From: Octopus bimaculoides
Lineage: Eukaryota
NCBI RefSeq assembly: GCF_001194135.2
Contig: NC_068990.1
Location: 19,587,820 to 19,651,819 of the forward strand
DNA: 64,000 nucleotides
Direction: 5' to 3'
Shown here: positions 27,181-40,363 of the stretch, in pieces
How the letters are laid out: the number at the start of each line of letters is the position of its first letter
Position numbering within the stretch: the first letter of the stretch is position 1
Translations under genes and position numbers: made by a program
The notes under the pieces: model-generated
Told to the model about the DNA's origin: nothing
Database searches by the model: none
What the model saw: the letters and a program-made list of their open reading frames with translations, nothing else

Positions 27181-27547
27181 CTTTTTATTTTATTTTTATG
27201 TTTATATATAAATATATACAACTACATATACATACAAATATATATAATAACTATATATGCATAAAAATATATATAATATATATACTGCTTTTTATTTTAT
27301 TTTTATGTTTATATATAAATATATACAACTACATATACATACAAATATATATAATAACTATATATGCATAAAAAATATATAATATATATATTGCTTTTTA
27401 TTTTATTTTTATGTTTATATATAAATATATACAACTACATATACATACAAATATATATAATAACTATATATGCATAAAAAATATATAATATATATATTGC
27501 TTTTTATTTTATTTTTATGTTTATATATAAATATATACAACTACATA
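27180..27547. repeat. AT-rich tandem repeat with a 106-107-bp unit, about 3.5 copies, running into a gap
   Basis: gctttttattttatttttatg starts at 27180, 27287, 27393 and 27499. Confidence 0.9.
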
Positions 27548-27792
27548 NNNNNNNNNNNNNNNNNNNNNNNNNNNNNNNNNNNNNNNNNNNNNNNNNNNNN
27601 NNNNNNNNNNNNNNNNNNNNNNNNNNNNNNNNNNNNNNNNNNNNNCCGTATTCCCGAGCGTCATACTAATACTAATATATACTTTTGTTATTTACACCAC
27701 CTGTCCTCGTCTGTTGTTATTATTTGTATATTCTCCCATATACATATATATACATATATATGTATATATATACATATATATACATATATATG

Positions 27793-27824
<32 letters not shown>

Positions 27825-29209
27825 TATACGGATACACACAGACGCACACACGAAACTACTTACCGCTAGCTTTCATACGAATTTTTCGTCTTTGGAGGCG
27901 AAACCAAATACATTTGTCCCCCTCACATTTTTCTTCATACGTTACCTCGTCATGCCAAAGGTACAACTACGGTTATCTTCTTGCTTTCTTCGTGTACTTC
28001 CACATTTCTATTGCTCTCTTCTATAATATCAACTTCCATTTATACATATTTGATGCCTCGATAAATACTGAAGTCAGAAACTACATTTCTGCCCAGAATG
28101 CATCCACCGACGCAAATTCGTATATTTTATCGTTTACTTGTGTCAGTCATTGGCCAACGGCCATGCTGAAGCACCGACTTGAAGGGTTTAGCCGAACAAA
28201 TTGCCCTCACTAGTTATTTTCAAGTTTGCTACTTGTTTTATCGGATACTTTCTGCCGAACCGCTAGGTTACTGATACGTAACCTAGCATAAGCAAATCAA
28301 CAATGTCAACAATGTTTTTCAAACAGTGGTAGGGACAAATAGAAAACACACACACGCACAAATACACACACACGCACGTACGCACGCGCGCATACACACA
28401 AAATATGACATGCTTCTTTGAATATTTTCGTATACTAAATTTACACCCAATGCTTTCGGGGCTATATTAGAAGACACTTGCTCAAAGTGCTTAAAAGGGA
28501 TGGAATCAAATACTACATAGCTGGCTAGCAAGCTTCTTAACCACACGATCACGTCTTAGATTTAATAACATTTGATGATCGCACGAATGAATGAATAAAT
28601 GAAAAGAACGAATATGACTTCAAAACAAATTAATAATACGAGTCTTGATAGTTTCTGTCACCTCTTAAGGCCTGGTTAAAAAGCAATAAACGACCAGCAA
28701 CATTGCCTCCGCATTTGACCCTATCAAATCACTTTATATACAAAGTCATTTAGTACAAAACAACTTGAGAATAGTAGTTACTACCCCAACTGCTGTGCGA
28801 GTTTACATTCATCACTCTTTTGCCATCCCTGTCTATTTCCTTGTCGCTTTCTTTACAATATCACTCAGTAGTAGAGAGAGGGAGTGACAATAAGGCAACG
28901 CATTGACAGAAGTACGAGAGCGTGAAAGAAAATATTTTTTTTTCGGTATTATATTTAGTTACGGATCGTTACCTCTGGATTCCAAAACTCATAAACGCTG
29001 TCCTCATTGCTAGTCACGTACTGAGGTTATTTAAATCGATGATAATCTCGCCCTAAAGTTAATATCTTGTCTATTAACAACCTTAATTATAAAATGAAAT
29101 GGAAGCCAGAGTTGGAATAAGAACATTATGAAGTAAGTTCGAGTTTTTCGTTTCCAATAAACTTGACTATGGAAAGAAATTGAAAGCCACCTGATCGAAA
29201 AGTTTTACA

Positions 29210-29543
29210 GGAGTGGCTCTGTAGTAAGTAGCTTGTTTACGAACCGCATGGTTCCGGATTTAGTCCCACTGCGTGGCACCGTGGGCAAGTGTCTTCTACT
29301 ATAGCCCCAGGCCGACCAAATGGAAACTGAAAGAAGCCTGTCGTATGTATGTATATGTGTATGTGTGTGTATATGTCTGCCCCCGCCCAACATCTCTTGA
29401 CAACCGATGCTGGTGTGTTTACGTCTCCGTAACTTAGAGGTTCGGCAAAACAGACCGATAGAATAAGTACTAGGCTTACAAAGAATAAGTCCTGGGATCG
29501 ATTTCCTCGACTAAAGGAAATGACTGAAACAAGTAAAAGAGTA
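29210..29543 (+). mobile_element. SINE family A copy with internal deletions
   Basis: Colinear with 5396-5803. Confidence 0.85.
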
Positions 29544-29854
29544 TGATAAAATTGTATTCTTACTTCATACAGAACGTATATTGACGTGATATTTCCACAA
29601 GTAATGTTAGCTAATGTAATCTTCTAATACACCATAGAGACAAAATGGACTAAACAAGAGAGGAAGAGACACGTGGGATGGAGTATCTTTGAAGAGGTCA
29701 CCGGAGAGTAATAATAAAGATCGAGTATGTAGAGCGTGTGGTTGTTTACCAAAAAAAAAAAAAAAAATACCTTCCCGAAATATAGTGATAATATAATTTT
29801 CGTTTTCTCTCCTCACGACTCTATGGGGTTCAATTTTGTTATTTCACTCCATGC

Positions 29855-31297
29855 GATACTTAATTTATCGACCCCGAAAGGATTTGAACTCAGAACGTAA
29901 GGAAAGACGAAATACTGCTAAGCATTTCTCCCGGCGTGCTAACGTTTCTTATTTCTTTATTGCCCACAAGGGGCTAAACATAGAGAGGACAAACAAGGAC
30001 AGACAAAGGGATTAAGTCGATTACATCGACCTCAGTGCGTAACTGGTACTTAATTTATCGACCCCGAAAGGATAAAAGGCAAAGTCAACATCGACGGAAT
30101 TTGAACTCAGAACGTAACGGCAGACGAAATACTGCTAAGCATTTCGCCCGGCGCGCTAACGTTTCTACCAGCTCGCCGCCCTCCGTTGACAATATGTTAT
30201 ATCAGCCTTTTGGAAGCAACAGCAATTAGAATAATTTGATATTTTTATCTGCTGCTGCTGCTGCTGCACACACGCACACACACACACACAACTAGTGAAC
30301 GTTTGTGTAGATACTAGAAGTGCTAGAAATAGATACATTTCACAAAATATACTCTTTATCTTTCGTTCATTCTGTCTGTGAAAATATGTGTATATGTGTG
30401 TGCGCGTGCGCGCCTGTGTGGTTGTATGAATACACACACATATATATACATATTATATATTATAAATGTATGCGAGTATGTTTATGAACATAGTAATGAA
30501 AAACACACTCACAAATGTATTTGGAAAACATATACTACATAGAGATACTTGTTCAGAAACACAGAAGTGGCTATGAAGTAGGGTAGATACAGTCGCTTAC
30601 TCACGTCTGTTTTCTGTTATAAAATATGATAAGCAACATTAAAAGGAGACAAATGATTGATTTGAATATCAGATATTTTAATAGTTTTGTGTATATATTG
30701 AATCTTTCTACACAATGAAGATTCAGTTTTCCAATGAATGAGTGACTGAATACGCAAAGGAATGAATTATTGAATGTAAAAATTTAGGAATGAGAGAATA
30801 AATGAATGAATCATTCAGTTAATGTTTGAAGAACAAGGCTTACGAAATGACGAGTCTGCAGTTGCGCTTAACTACATTGTTTGCAAATTTTGGTACAAGG
30901 CCAGCCATTTTTAGGGAAGGGGTAAGTCGATTATATTGACTCCAGTGATTAAACTGATATTTATTTTATCGACCCCTAAGAAATGAAACGCAAAGTCGAC
31001 CTTGACGAAATTTGAGCTCATAGCGTAAAGACGGACGAAGTGCCACTAAGCATTTGGTCGAAACACAAGTCTTGAAATTTTGTAGGAAGAGGCTAGTCGA
31101 TTACATGAACCACTGAGCTCAAACTGGTACCTGTTTTATCGGCTCAGGGAGGACGAAAGGCAAGGCCAACCTCGGCAGAATTTCAACTGAGAACGTAGAG
31201 ACGCAGAACATGCCGCTAAGAATTCCGCCCGGCGTACTAACAAGTCTGTTAGCTCACCGCCTTACTACTGCTGCTGCAGCTCCTGCTGCTGCTGCTG

Positions 31298-31339
<42 letters not shown>

Positions 31340-31660
31340 ATAATAATAATAATAATAATAATTAATAATCAATATTATTAATATTATTATTTCAATTTTT
31401 TGCCACAAGAGGCAGGTAGGGATGAGTCGATTATATCGACCCCAGTTTTTAACCGGTACGTATTTTATCGAAACCGAAAGGATGAAAGGCAAAGTTGACC
31501 CCGGTGGAATTTGACCTCAGAACGTAGCGATGGGCGAAATACCACTAAGCATTGCATCCAGCGCGCTAACGATCTGCCAGCTCGCCACTTTTTCGAAGGC
31601 CAGTAATTGTAAAGACGAGGGTGGGGGAGTCGATTACATCGACCTCAGCTCGCCGTCTTC
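29855..31660 (-). mobile_element. Minus-strand cluster of SINE family B copies (29855-30180 and 30880-31660)
   Basis: About six full or partial reverse-complement copies, with a (CTA)n(TAA)n linker at 31270-31390. Confidence 0.8.
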
Positions 31661-31799
31661 ATAATGATAGTAATACACATAATGTTGAAACACAGATGGA
31701 ATCTTCTAATTTAAAGATTACTTAGAGGTTACATAATGGCACTGAAGCAATTTGCTGACGCGTCACTTTTCTTGGCTCTTACCTGTCTTACTTTTCTTT

Positions 31800-32010
31800 G
31801 TCTATCTCTAGTTATAATCTACACTTCCTCTCCCCTTCTTTCTCTTCCTTTCTCACTCTCCCCGTCTCTCTCCCCGTCTTCCTCTCTCTTTCCATCCCGC
31901 TTTCTCTCCCTCTTTCTCCTTCTCTATCCCCCCTTTCTCTCTCTCTCTCCGTCTGCCTTCTTCCCTCTCCCTCTCTCTCCTTCTCTCTCTCCCTCTTTCT
32001 CCTTCTCTAT
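31800..32010. repeat. (CT)-rich polypyrimidine tract; similar (GA)n/(CT)n tracts at 36820-36905 and 51978-52070
   Basis: Directly visible. Confidence 0.9.
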
Positions 32011-32794
32011 NNNNNNNNNNNNNNNNNNNNNNNNNNNNNNNNNNNNNNNNNNNNNNNNNNNNNNNNNNNNNNNNNNNNNNNNNNNNNNNNNNNNNNNNNN
32101 NNNNNNNNNNNNNNNNNNNNNNNNNNNNNNNNNNNNNNNNNNNNNNNNNNNNNNNNNNNNNNNNNNNNNNNNNNNNNNNNNNNNNNNNNNNNNNNNNNNN
32201 NNNNNNNNNNNNNNNNNNNNNNNNNNNNNNNNNNNNNNNNNNNNNNNNNNNNNNNNNNNNNNNNNNNNNNNNNNNNNNNNNNNNNNNNNNNNNNNNNNNN
32301 NNNNNNNNNNNNNNNNNNNNNNNNNNNNNNNNNNNNNNNNNNNNNNNNNNNNNNNNNNNNNNNNNNNNNNNNNNNNNNNNNNNNNNNNNNNNNNNNNNNN
32401 NNNNNNNNNNNNNNNNNNNNNNNNNNNNNNNNNNNNNNNNNNNNNNNNNNNNNNNNNNNNNNNNNNNNNNNNNNNNNNNNNNNNNNNNNNNNNNNNNNNN
32501 NNNNNNNNNNNNNNNNNNNNNNNNNNNNNNNNNNNNNNNNNNNNNNNNNNNNNNNNNNNNNNNNNNNNNNNNNNNNNNNNNNNNNNNNNNNNNNNNNNNN
32601 NNNNNNNNNNNNNNNNNNNNNNNNNNNNNNNNNNNNNNNNNNNNNNNNNNNNNNNNNNNNNNNNNNNNNNNNNNNACTACGCAGTTAATGCCCTTTATAT
32701 ATAAGTAATTTTATATATATATATATATATATGCTTCCAGTGCGAATGTTTTTTTTATACGTGACTTGTTTTACAATTCTGTAAATACTAATAA

Positions 32795-33109
32795 TGGTAT
32801 TTTTATATAAGCCTGAAGTTTATGGCGATCACCGTGCAATGACTAAGGAAAATAGTCTAATAAAGGGGCATATAAGCCCTCGACAGAAAAAAGAAGGCTT
32901 TCCTATCCGCGTGGGACTCGAATCTACATCCCTTTGTTAATGCGACTAAGTGTTTTACCTTTACGCTATCGCATCAACAAAGGGATGTGGGTTTGAGTCC
33001 CACGTGGATAGAAAAGCCTGCTCTTTTCTCTCGAGGGCTGATATGCCCATTTATTAGACTATTTTCTTAAGCCGATGATCGCCATAAACCTTAAGCTTAT
33101 ATTAAAATA

Positions 33110-33112
<3 letters not shown>
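32795..33112. mobile_element. Foldback element with ~150-bp imperfect inverted arms, a 23-nt spacer and tRNA-like A/B boxes
   Basis: Left arm tggtattttt...tgcga (32795-32945) pairs with right arm tcgca...aaaatacca (32969-33112). B-box-like GGTTTGAGTCC on + at 32990-33000 and GATTCGAGTCC on - at 32924-32914. A-box-like TAGCGTAAAGG on - at 32968-32958. Confidence 0.7.
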
Positions 33113-33155
<43 letters not shown>

Positions 33156-33389
33156 ACCATTTAGTAACAGTTTGACTGTGTTTCTTGCAACTTAAAGTTT
33201 CCGAGATTTGTAGATACAGTCAGAAATCGACAACAAATATCTGAATGACTGTAAAGTTAGTATTCTTAAAATATATTTGATTTTCAAAATTTATGATAAT
33301 CTAGAGTGAATCTTACATATTATGAAAACCTGTTTTAAAATTAATGATCAGTCTAGACTAGGCCGATTAACAGAAAACACAGAAATCGC

Positions 33390-34388
33390 AAAAGACAAGA
33401 AACATTTAAGCAGGTTTTTGTGCGCAATGGGGGCCCTAATTTCGTCAACTGTTGGGCGTTTTGTACCGTAAAGTTATCTTTTAATTCCCCCATCCCTCAC
33501 CAAAGTGTATTGAGGTGAGGTTCGTTAATCAAAGAATGCATTCTATTCCTTTTTCTCCAACCCACAGGTTTGGCAAAATCACATTAATGTAGGCCTTTAC
33601 ACTACTATAGTAGTGATGATTTTCCACATCTTGAAAGTCCCCTTCAAAACTTGGTATGGTACAGATTGTCACAGCAGGTTCACGTAAATAGTGTCAGTGT
33701 CGGTTGTATCAAAAGCACGGTTCAATAAATTCTTTTGAAGACAAGCCGCACCATACTGTAACTCACGGTAAATTAACATGATGCTCCTCTGTAATATGTG
33801 GTTTCGCAAACCCCCAGTAGTACAATTTTTAGCGGTTTATCGACTCACTTACTTTAAATGTACCCTCCACACATCAAACAATGTGGAAAGTATGCCTCTT
33901 CTACACATTTTGCAAAACTCCACTCTTCGGTCCGGATCCAGGTCGTTAAAAGTAGGGACTCTTCTAAAAATGTGACTTATCCAATGACAACACTTCAAAA
34001 TGCGATGGAACCTTGATTTTGAAGTTACAATCTCACGACTCGCTTGAGGCACAGATTTTCCTCATTTCTAGCAATCAGTTTCCAATAGCCTTTCTTGGTC
34101 TGTGGGCTCGTCGATGTCCGCGGTTTTCAGGGAAGTTTTTTGTGGCTGTTCGGAACAGTTGCGTCGGCTTCAAACTCACCTCTCATTCGAACTGTTGTTA
34201 AGTCGCGTAGGCAGATCTATTTGCATCTCTCTCCTAAATTGTTTTTACACATCAACTAGCAATTTCTTTTGTTCAAAGCTAAGAATAGCCCCCTTTCCTA
34301 TCGTTAATGGGTTAAATCTAAAATGAAATTAAAAGCAAGTGAGTTAACAGCTTTAAAATGTGCAATTTTGTAGTGGAGCCACCCTCTA
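33390..34388 (-). mobile_element. Decayed Tc1/mariner-superfamily transposon, a family distinct from the 38-kb element (DUF4817-like N-terminus)
   Basis: Minus-strand fragments LSFEQKK...PTRLTTVRMRGEFEADATV, ASREIVTSKSRFHRILK, DLDPDRRVEFC, KPHITEEHHVNLP*VTVWCGLSS and GELKDN. One terminus ends in ...gccaccctcTA near 34388. Many stops and frameshifts. Confidence 0.75.
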
Positions 34389-35632
34389 TATAGACACACT
34401 CAAATATAAACATCCATGCATATATATATATATATATATATATATCGATCTGCGAATGATTATTATTTGCTAATTATTTTTCAGTATATCCGTATCTCTA
34501 TTTTTTCTCAATCAATCGCTCTTTGATGCTCTTTTTCAAATGAGACCTATTCCAATTCACTAAAAAGTACTAATTTCATTTTATTAATACTGTAATATTG
34601 CAAATTCATGTATTGTTTTTTTTTAATTATTATTGGGAGTTAATATTTTTTTTTTTATCTTTCATTGTTAAATTTTAATATTCCATAAATCACGATTTTC
34701 TATATATTTTTTACATTTATTTAATATAATTTTAATGGAAATATTTTTTACATATTTATTCGTATTTTATTTCCATTCGCTATAACATCATTTATGAAAA
34801 TACAGTAAATTATAGCTATATACGTTGTTGCAATATGCTTATGTGCGTATCTCATTTTCTCAGCGTATGTGTGTCTTTTTCTGAGGTCATGTAGCTGTTA
34901 CGAATGGCGTATTGTTGGAATGTATACTTGTGTTGGTATGTATGTGAGAATGCATGATTTGTGATTCTATGCGTTTCTCCTTTCTCTTTACACCCGCTCT
35001 ACACCCGCTCTTTCACCATACGCCTCCTCTTCCCCCTCCTCTACCTTCTCTTTCACCGTTTTGTTCGCTGTGTCTACGTGTGTACATGTGAATGAATTTA
35101 GTATTTGAAAATGAACTTTACTATTCTTATAAAGTAAATAAGAGGTAGTTCTAGTGAGAGTAACCAAACCGTTGAAAGCTGTAATTTCTGATGTTTTCTA
35201 AGTGCCTGAGGGTAACACTTTCATGTGCTTCTGAAAACACAAGTCATCCTGAAAACACAAGTCATATTGAATAGTAAAAACAGATATGGAAAACATTATA
35301 GCCTAACAGCAGACTTGAACTTTATGGAAGCCGGAAGTTATGTCTGCGCTTTCTTCTGATGCAATGCATCTTTCTTCCTGCATGGGGTATTTTTCCCCAC
35401 AAGAGAGTGGTAAGAACTAAAGTGCATGCAAAATACATTCTTGTCAATTATGTCTTTGGTATCTTGACTCCAGTAAATAATTGAATATTTCAACAGGAAT
35501 GAAAAAAAAAAAATACCGTTGAGAAAGTTTTGATATTCTTAATACGATATAATTTGGCATTTAATACTACAACACGAAAATTCAAGTTGTTGAGGCGAAC
35601 GTACCTATATTATATTAATGATGTTATATATG

Positions 35633-35671
<39 letters not shown>

Positions 35672-35950
35672 GTGTGTGTGTGTGTGTGTGCGTGTATATA
35701 TGTATATATAAAGAAAGACATAACACCAGAGAAACAAATGTTATTTATTGAACTTCATTAGCTTACAGCTGTTTCTGCTATAAGATGTGGTGGTCTCTTC
35801 GTCGAGTACCTGCATCATATCATATAGTTTCATCAGAGCCTTGAATGTGTAATGCATTTTATAACAGTCCACCACATCTTATAGTTGAAACAACTGTAAG
35901 TTAATGAGTTATTTACATAACATTTGTTTTTTTTTTCGATGTCGTCTCTT

Positions 35951-36016
<66 letters not shown>

Positions 36017-37131
36017 TACTCACACGTATGCACGCACATTCTACTCTATAGAACATTCCTGTTTGAGAAGTATCCCCCACCCCCAAAGGTTCATAGTAAG
36101 TTGTATTCCTTAATATTCTTCAAAGTTATACACATTAAAAGAAAATTGTATTTAACGATAAGGAATTCATACACAGAAGATCAAACAGTCAGATTTCAAC
36201 AAAAGTTAAAATGTATATCACAAACGCCATGTTTTTACTTCCCCTTTACACCAATTTTACTTAGCTAGAAGTTTCGACCAGCTGAATATGTACGTACATT
36301 CCTCGAATAAATGGTAAATACAGAAATTCTTAGAATTCATCCCAGTTCACAAAATAAACCATATTTAGTTTCATGAACAATTTTCCAATTCTAAATTGTG
36401 TTATAGCTGTAGGCAAGTTTGTATGTTTATGGTGCTCATTTACTAGCCCCGAGGTTTGATACTTCAGTCCCAATGCTCGACAGATTGTGCAAAATCTCTT
36501 GTGTATTTCAATCTTTTCTCCTTTTGTTTAACTGAACTAAGAGGATATGGTAATATATGTAACTACAAGCAAAACCCGTAGAAATTCCACGGAAAGAATT
36601 AAGAGGTGTTGTTTAAGGAGAAGAGGATGATTTGCATTTTTATTGGATATAAATCTTATTGTTTCCTGTGCAATAAATGATTGAGAAATATACAATAACA
36701 ATTTAATTTCAATTCCATTATAAGTTTAAAAAATAACGCCCAAAGCTATTTTGCTGTGTAATTTCACTTCCAGTCATAATAATATATAAAATCATTTTAG
36801 AATTTCCCTCAAACACTGTCTCTCTGTCTCTCTGTCTCTCTCCTTCTTTCTCTCCCTCTCTCTTTCTCTCTCTCTCTTTCTCTCTCTCTCTCTCCCCTTT
36901 TCTTTCTACTCCTTCGTTCAACAAATATTTCAACCATGTCATTCCTTTCTTTACATTATTAACATTTCTCTCATTCGTTTTGGTTTCACCTCTGACTTTC
37001 ACTAACCATTTGTAACCACGTGACAGCAACAGCGTGGTCAGTGGAAGTGGCTATCTGCTACATTACTAACTCACTCCCAGCTCGTTTGCGAACCACTCGT
37101 TTCACATCATACTATCTCTGATTGAAGATAA

Positions 37132-37346
37132 GGTGGCGAGCTGGCCGAACCGTTAGCACGCCGGGCGAAATGCTTAGCAGTATTTCATCTGCCGTCAAAT
37201 TTTGATTTCGAATTCCGCCGAGGTCGACTTTGCTTTTCATCTTTTCGGGGTCGATAAAATTAGTACCAAATACGTACTGAGGTTGATGTAATCGACTTAA
37301 ACCCTTCCCCCAAAATGTAAGACCTTGTGCTTCCATTAGAAAGGAT
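37132..37346 (+). mobile_element. SINE family B copy, tail type 2
   Basis: Matches the family B consensus. Confidence 0.85.
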
Positions 37347-37639
37347 TTCTGATTGAATATACGTTTTGTGGAAGACCTTGTTGTGGGGTTAAAAAGCTCG
37401 CTCTGCTATCTCGTTGTCTGGGGTCCAGTCGTACTGTGCAGTAGGCACCTTGGGAGCGGGTCTTTTGCTATAGCCCTGAGCCGACCGATATCTTTAGTGT
37501 GGATTTGGTACACAAAAACTGTGTGGAACCTTGCCTAATTACATGACCTTTACAACTCCAAAACTGCGTGGAAGCTTAAGTACATGCCCTTCGCCACTTC
37601 GTGTTATTTCTCTTGGCTCATTTTTGCTTCAATCATATA

Positions 37640-38860
37640 TACACAGACATGAAAGAAGTAAATAGACACCCTTGTAATCATTAAAATTTATCTAAATCTG
37701 AAATTATACATTCAAATTATTTGTTAGTTGTTAAAATGTGAGCATTTAATATTTAGTAGACATGCTATTTGCATTTTTCAATACAAGGGCCCTATTAGGC
37801 ATGTTACTGATCAGATGGTGAATATTCTCTTGCGGAATTCCTTGCTAAGTTTCATGCAATAATCTCAAAATATCTCGCTTTGAAGATGCTTTCTAGTTCT
37901 TTTTATGAAGTGTCCTGTCCATTATGTCCCAGAAGTGTTCAAGTGGTTTCATATCTGGTGACTGGCTTGGCTATGGAAGCTTTCTAATGCCATTCTTTTC
38001 CAACAAATCTTGGGTCATTTTAACTGTGTGACAAGAAATCCCATCTTCCATAAATAGTCTTCTTAAATCATTTCACCACCGGAAAAATTTGACAGGAGTC
38101 CTTTCTGCAATGCGGGCACATATTTATTTGAGTTTATCTTTCTCTCACACTCCACCAGCTCTGATCAACCATTGCTTCAAATTGTTCCCCAGACCATCAC
38201 AGAATAGCTGCTGTGTTTCATTGTTAGCTGCAATCTTTTCACATCAAATTCTTGATCAGAGAGTCTCTAGACCTACACTGGGCCACTGTTAGGAAATACA
38301 GCAAATCTGGACCCATCAGAGAATATGACAGTGTCCCAAAATGCTAATGGCCTCTCCACCATCTCGCTGGCCCAATCTTTTCTCCGCTTCATATTCCTTC
38401 TTCCTGCTCTGCCATAGTAACCAAGTTTGTGGAGATACCTGACAGCTGTTCTGTGACTGACATCAACTTGTTCTGCTATGTCAGAGGTCTTGCAACGAAG
38501 ATTGTCCTCCACACTTCTCTTAGCAAATAGAAGGGTCCTGTCAGAGGGCCCTGGTTGATTTGCACAAGGTGATGTGAACTCCTTCCCCTCTCTGGTGAAT
38601 TGCACAATCACTCTATGAACTGTAGAAAGAGAGATCCCAAGGTTTTCTGCGCGTTTACGCTGACTATGCCCACCTTCAGAATGACCCACAATACGGCCTC
38701 TTTGAAATTCAGACAGTTCCAAGGCTTCTTTTGTACATGGCATAATTAAACAGTCACATATAGAACCTGAAATATAAAAAAAATATCAATTAATAAGAAA
38801 TAGGAACCATTACAAGTTAGAATAAACATAAAACAATGTTTTATGTGGTGTCTATTATGT
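37640..38860 (-). mobile_element. Decayed Tc1-like DNA transposon (DD34E-type transposase pseudogene)
   Basis: ORF 38743-38273 has an N-terminal HTH ([11 protein letters not shown]), GYYGR and VIFSDGSRF. Broken frames downstream give MVWG, SQSPDMKPLEHFW and a terminal STKY* ending at 37746. Left end is TA|CACAGACATG...; aatagacacc (37661-37670) has its exact inverse at 38847-38856. Confidence 0.85.
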
Positions 38861-40322
38861 GGTGTTATTTCTTGTAAATTGCCATAAAGGCATTACACAG
38901 AGGGGGACGCTACAACACATGTGGGATCATATAACAATTAAAAATATAAAAATCATCTCCGCGACCTCAGGAAAACTCCTTGTATTCTCCAAAGCTCCGT
39001 CCATCTTTATGACCCCCCTTACATGCTCCTCCTCTGCTGAAGACAACTCAGACCCGCTAAAGTCTGAGTATATTGTCTCTACCCTCAAAGGAGCAAAAAA
39101 AAAAAAAAAAAAAACGTCTGACACAAACGACAAACCAAATGCACTCTGATTGACGCATGCGCGGAAGCAAGCTTTTTGCCACACAGCCACGCCTGCATAT
39201 ATTAACTATTTAATAGCTTGGTTAATTATAGAGGTGCCCTACTTGGCTTGCAATTTGTCCTGAGAATGTGTGTTGAAGGTAAAGCGATTGCAGTGTAGAA
39301 GACATATTAGCCAGTCAAAAACACACTAAAACAGCAAACTTCAGTATAATAAACAATAAATGTTTAAGATCGGTTAATCTTAAAGCAATTGAAGGCGTTT
39401 CACTGCTATTTATAGCGAGTCGGTCGACCGCTTGGATTTAATTTATAGCTAGAAGAGGACAGAACGGTAGAGTATCAGTTAATTACGCTGTATTGCTTAC
39501 TACACTAAATATTACAAGCATTTATAGCATAAGATTTATACGTTAAAATCATCGTTGGTTTGAGAGACCACAGCAGTTAGCAAGAGAGGTAAATAATGAC
39601 TGGTGATATCTGAGACGACACAAATTACCGTTAAAACCATTAAAAAACAAATCCACTTCTTCATGTTCTTTCTTACATTCATTCAACATCGTTTAACCTT
39701 ATTTCATGAAATTCTTATTCTCCTTTCCCCAATTATTATAGTTCCTTTCCAACATACTCTTGTCTTCTCAAATTACATTGCTTCATATTGGGGTCGTCCT
39801 ACGTTCATTTATTTAACGGGTACAATTTAGTCGTTGCATCATTCATTCAGCGTGAATGATTGTCCATAGTATCAAAATTTACCTCATGGCTGGATGCCAA
39901 GATTCTATAATGCAAACGTGCGTGTCATACCTTCTGAGTGTGTGCGTAATTGTCTTAGAGATATTGTTTTATATACATACATANNNNNNNNNNNNNNNNN
40001 NNNNNNNNNNNNNNNNNNNNNNNNNNNNNNNNNNNNNNNNNNNNNNNNNNNNNNNNNNNNNNNNNNNNNNNNNNNNNNNNNNNNNNNNNNNNNNNNNNNN
40101 NNNNNNNNNNNNNNNNNNNNNNNNNNNNNNNNNNNNNNNNNNNNNNNNNNNNNNNNNNNNNNNNNNNNNNNNNNNNNNNNNNNNNNNNNNNNNNNNNNNN
40201 NNNNNNNNNNNNNNNNNNNNNNNNNNNNNNNNNNNNNNNNNNNNNNNNNNNNNNNNNNNNNNNNNNNNNNNNNNNNNNNNNNNNNNNNNNNNNNNNNNNN
40301 NNNNNNNNNNNNNNNNNNNNNN

Positions 40323-40363
<41 letters not shown>

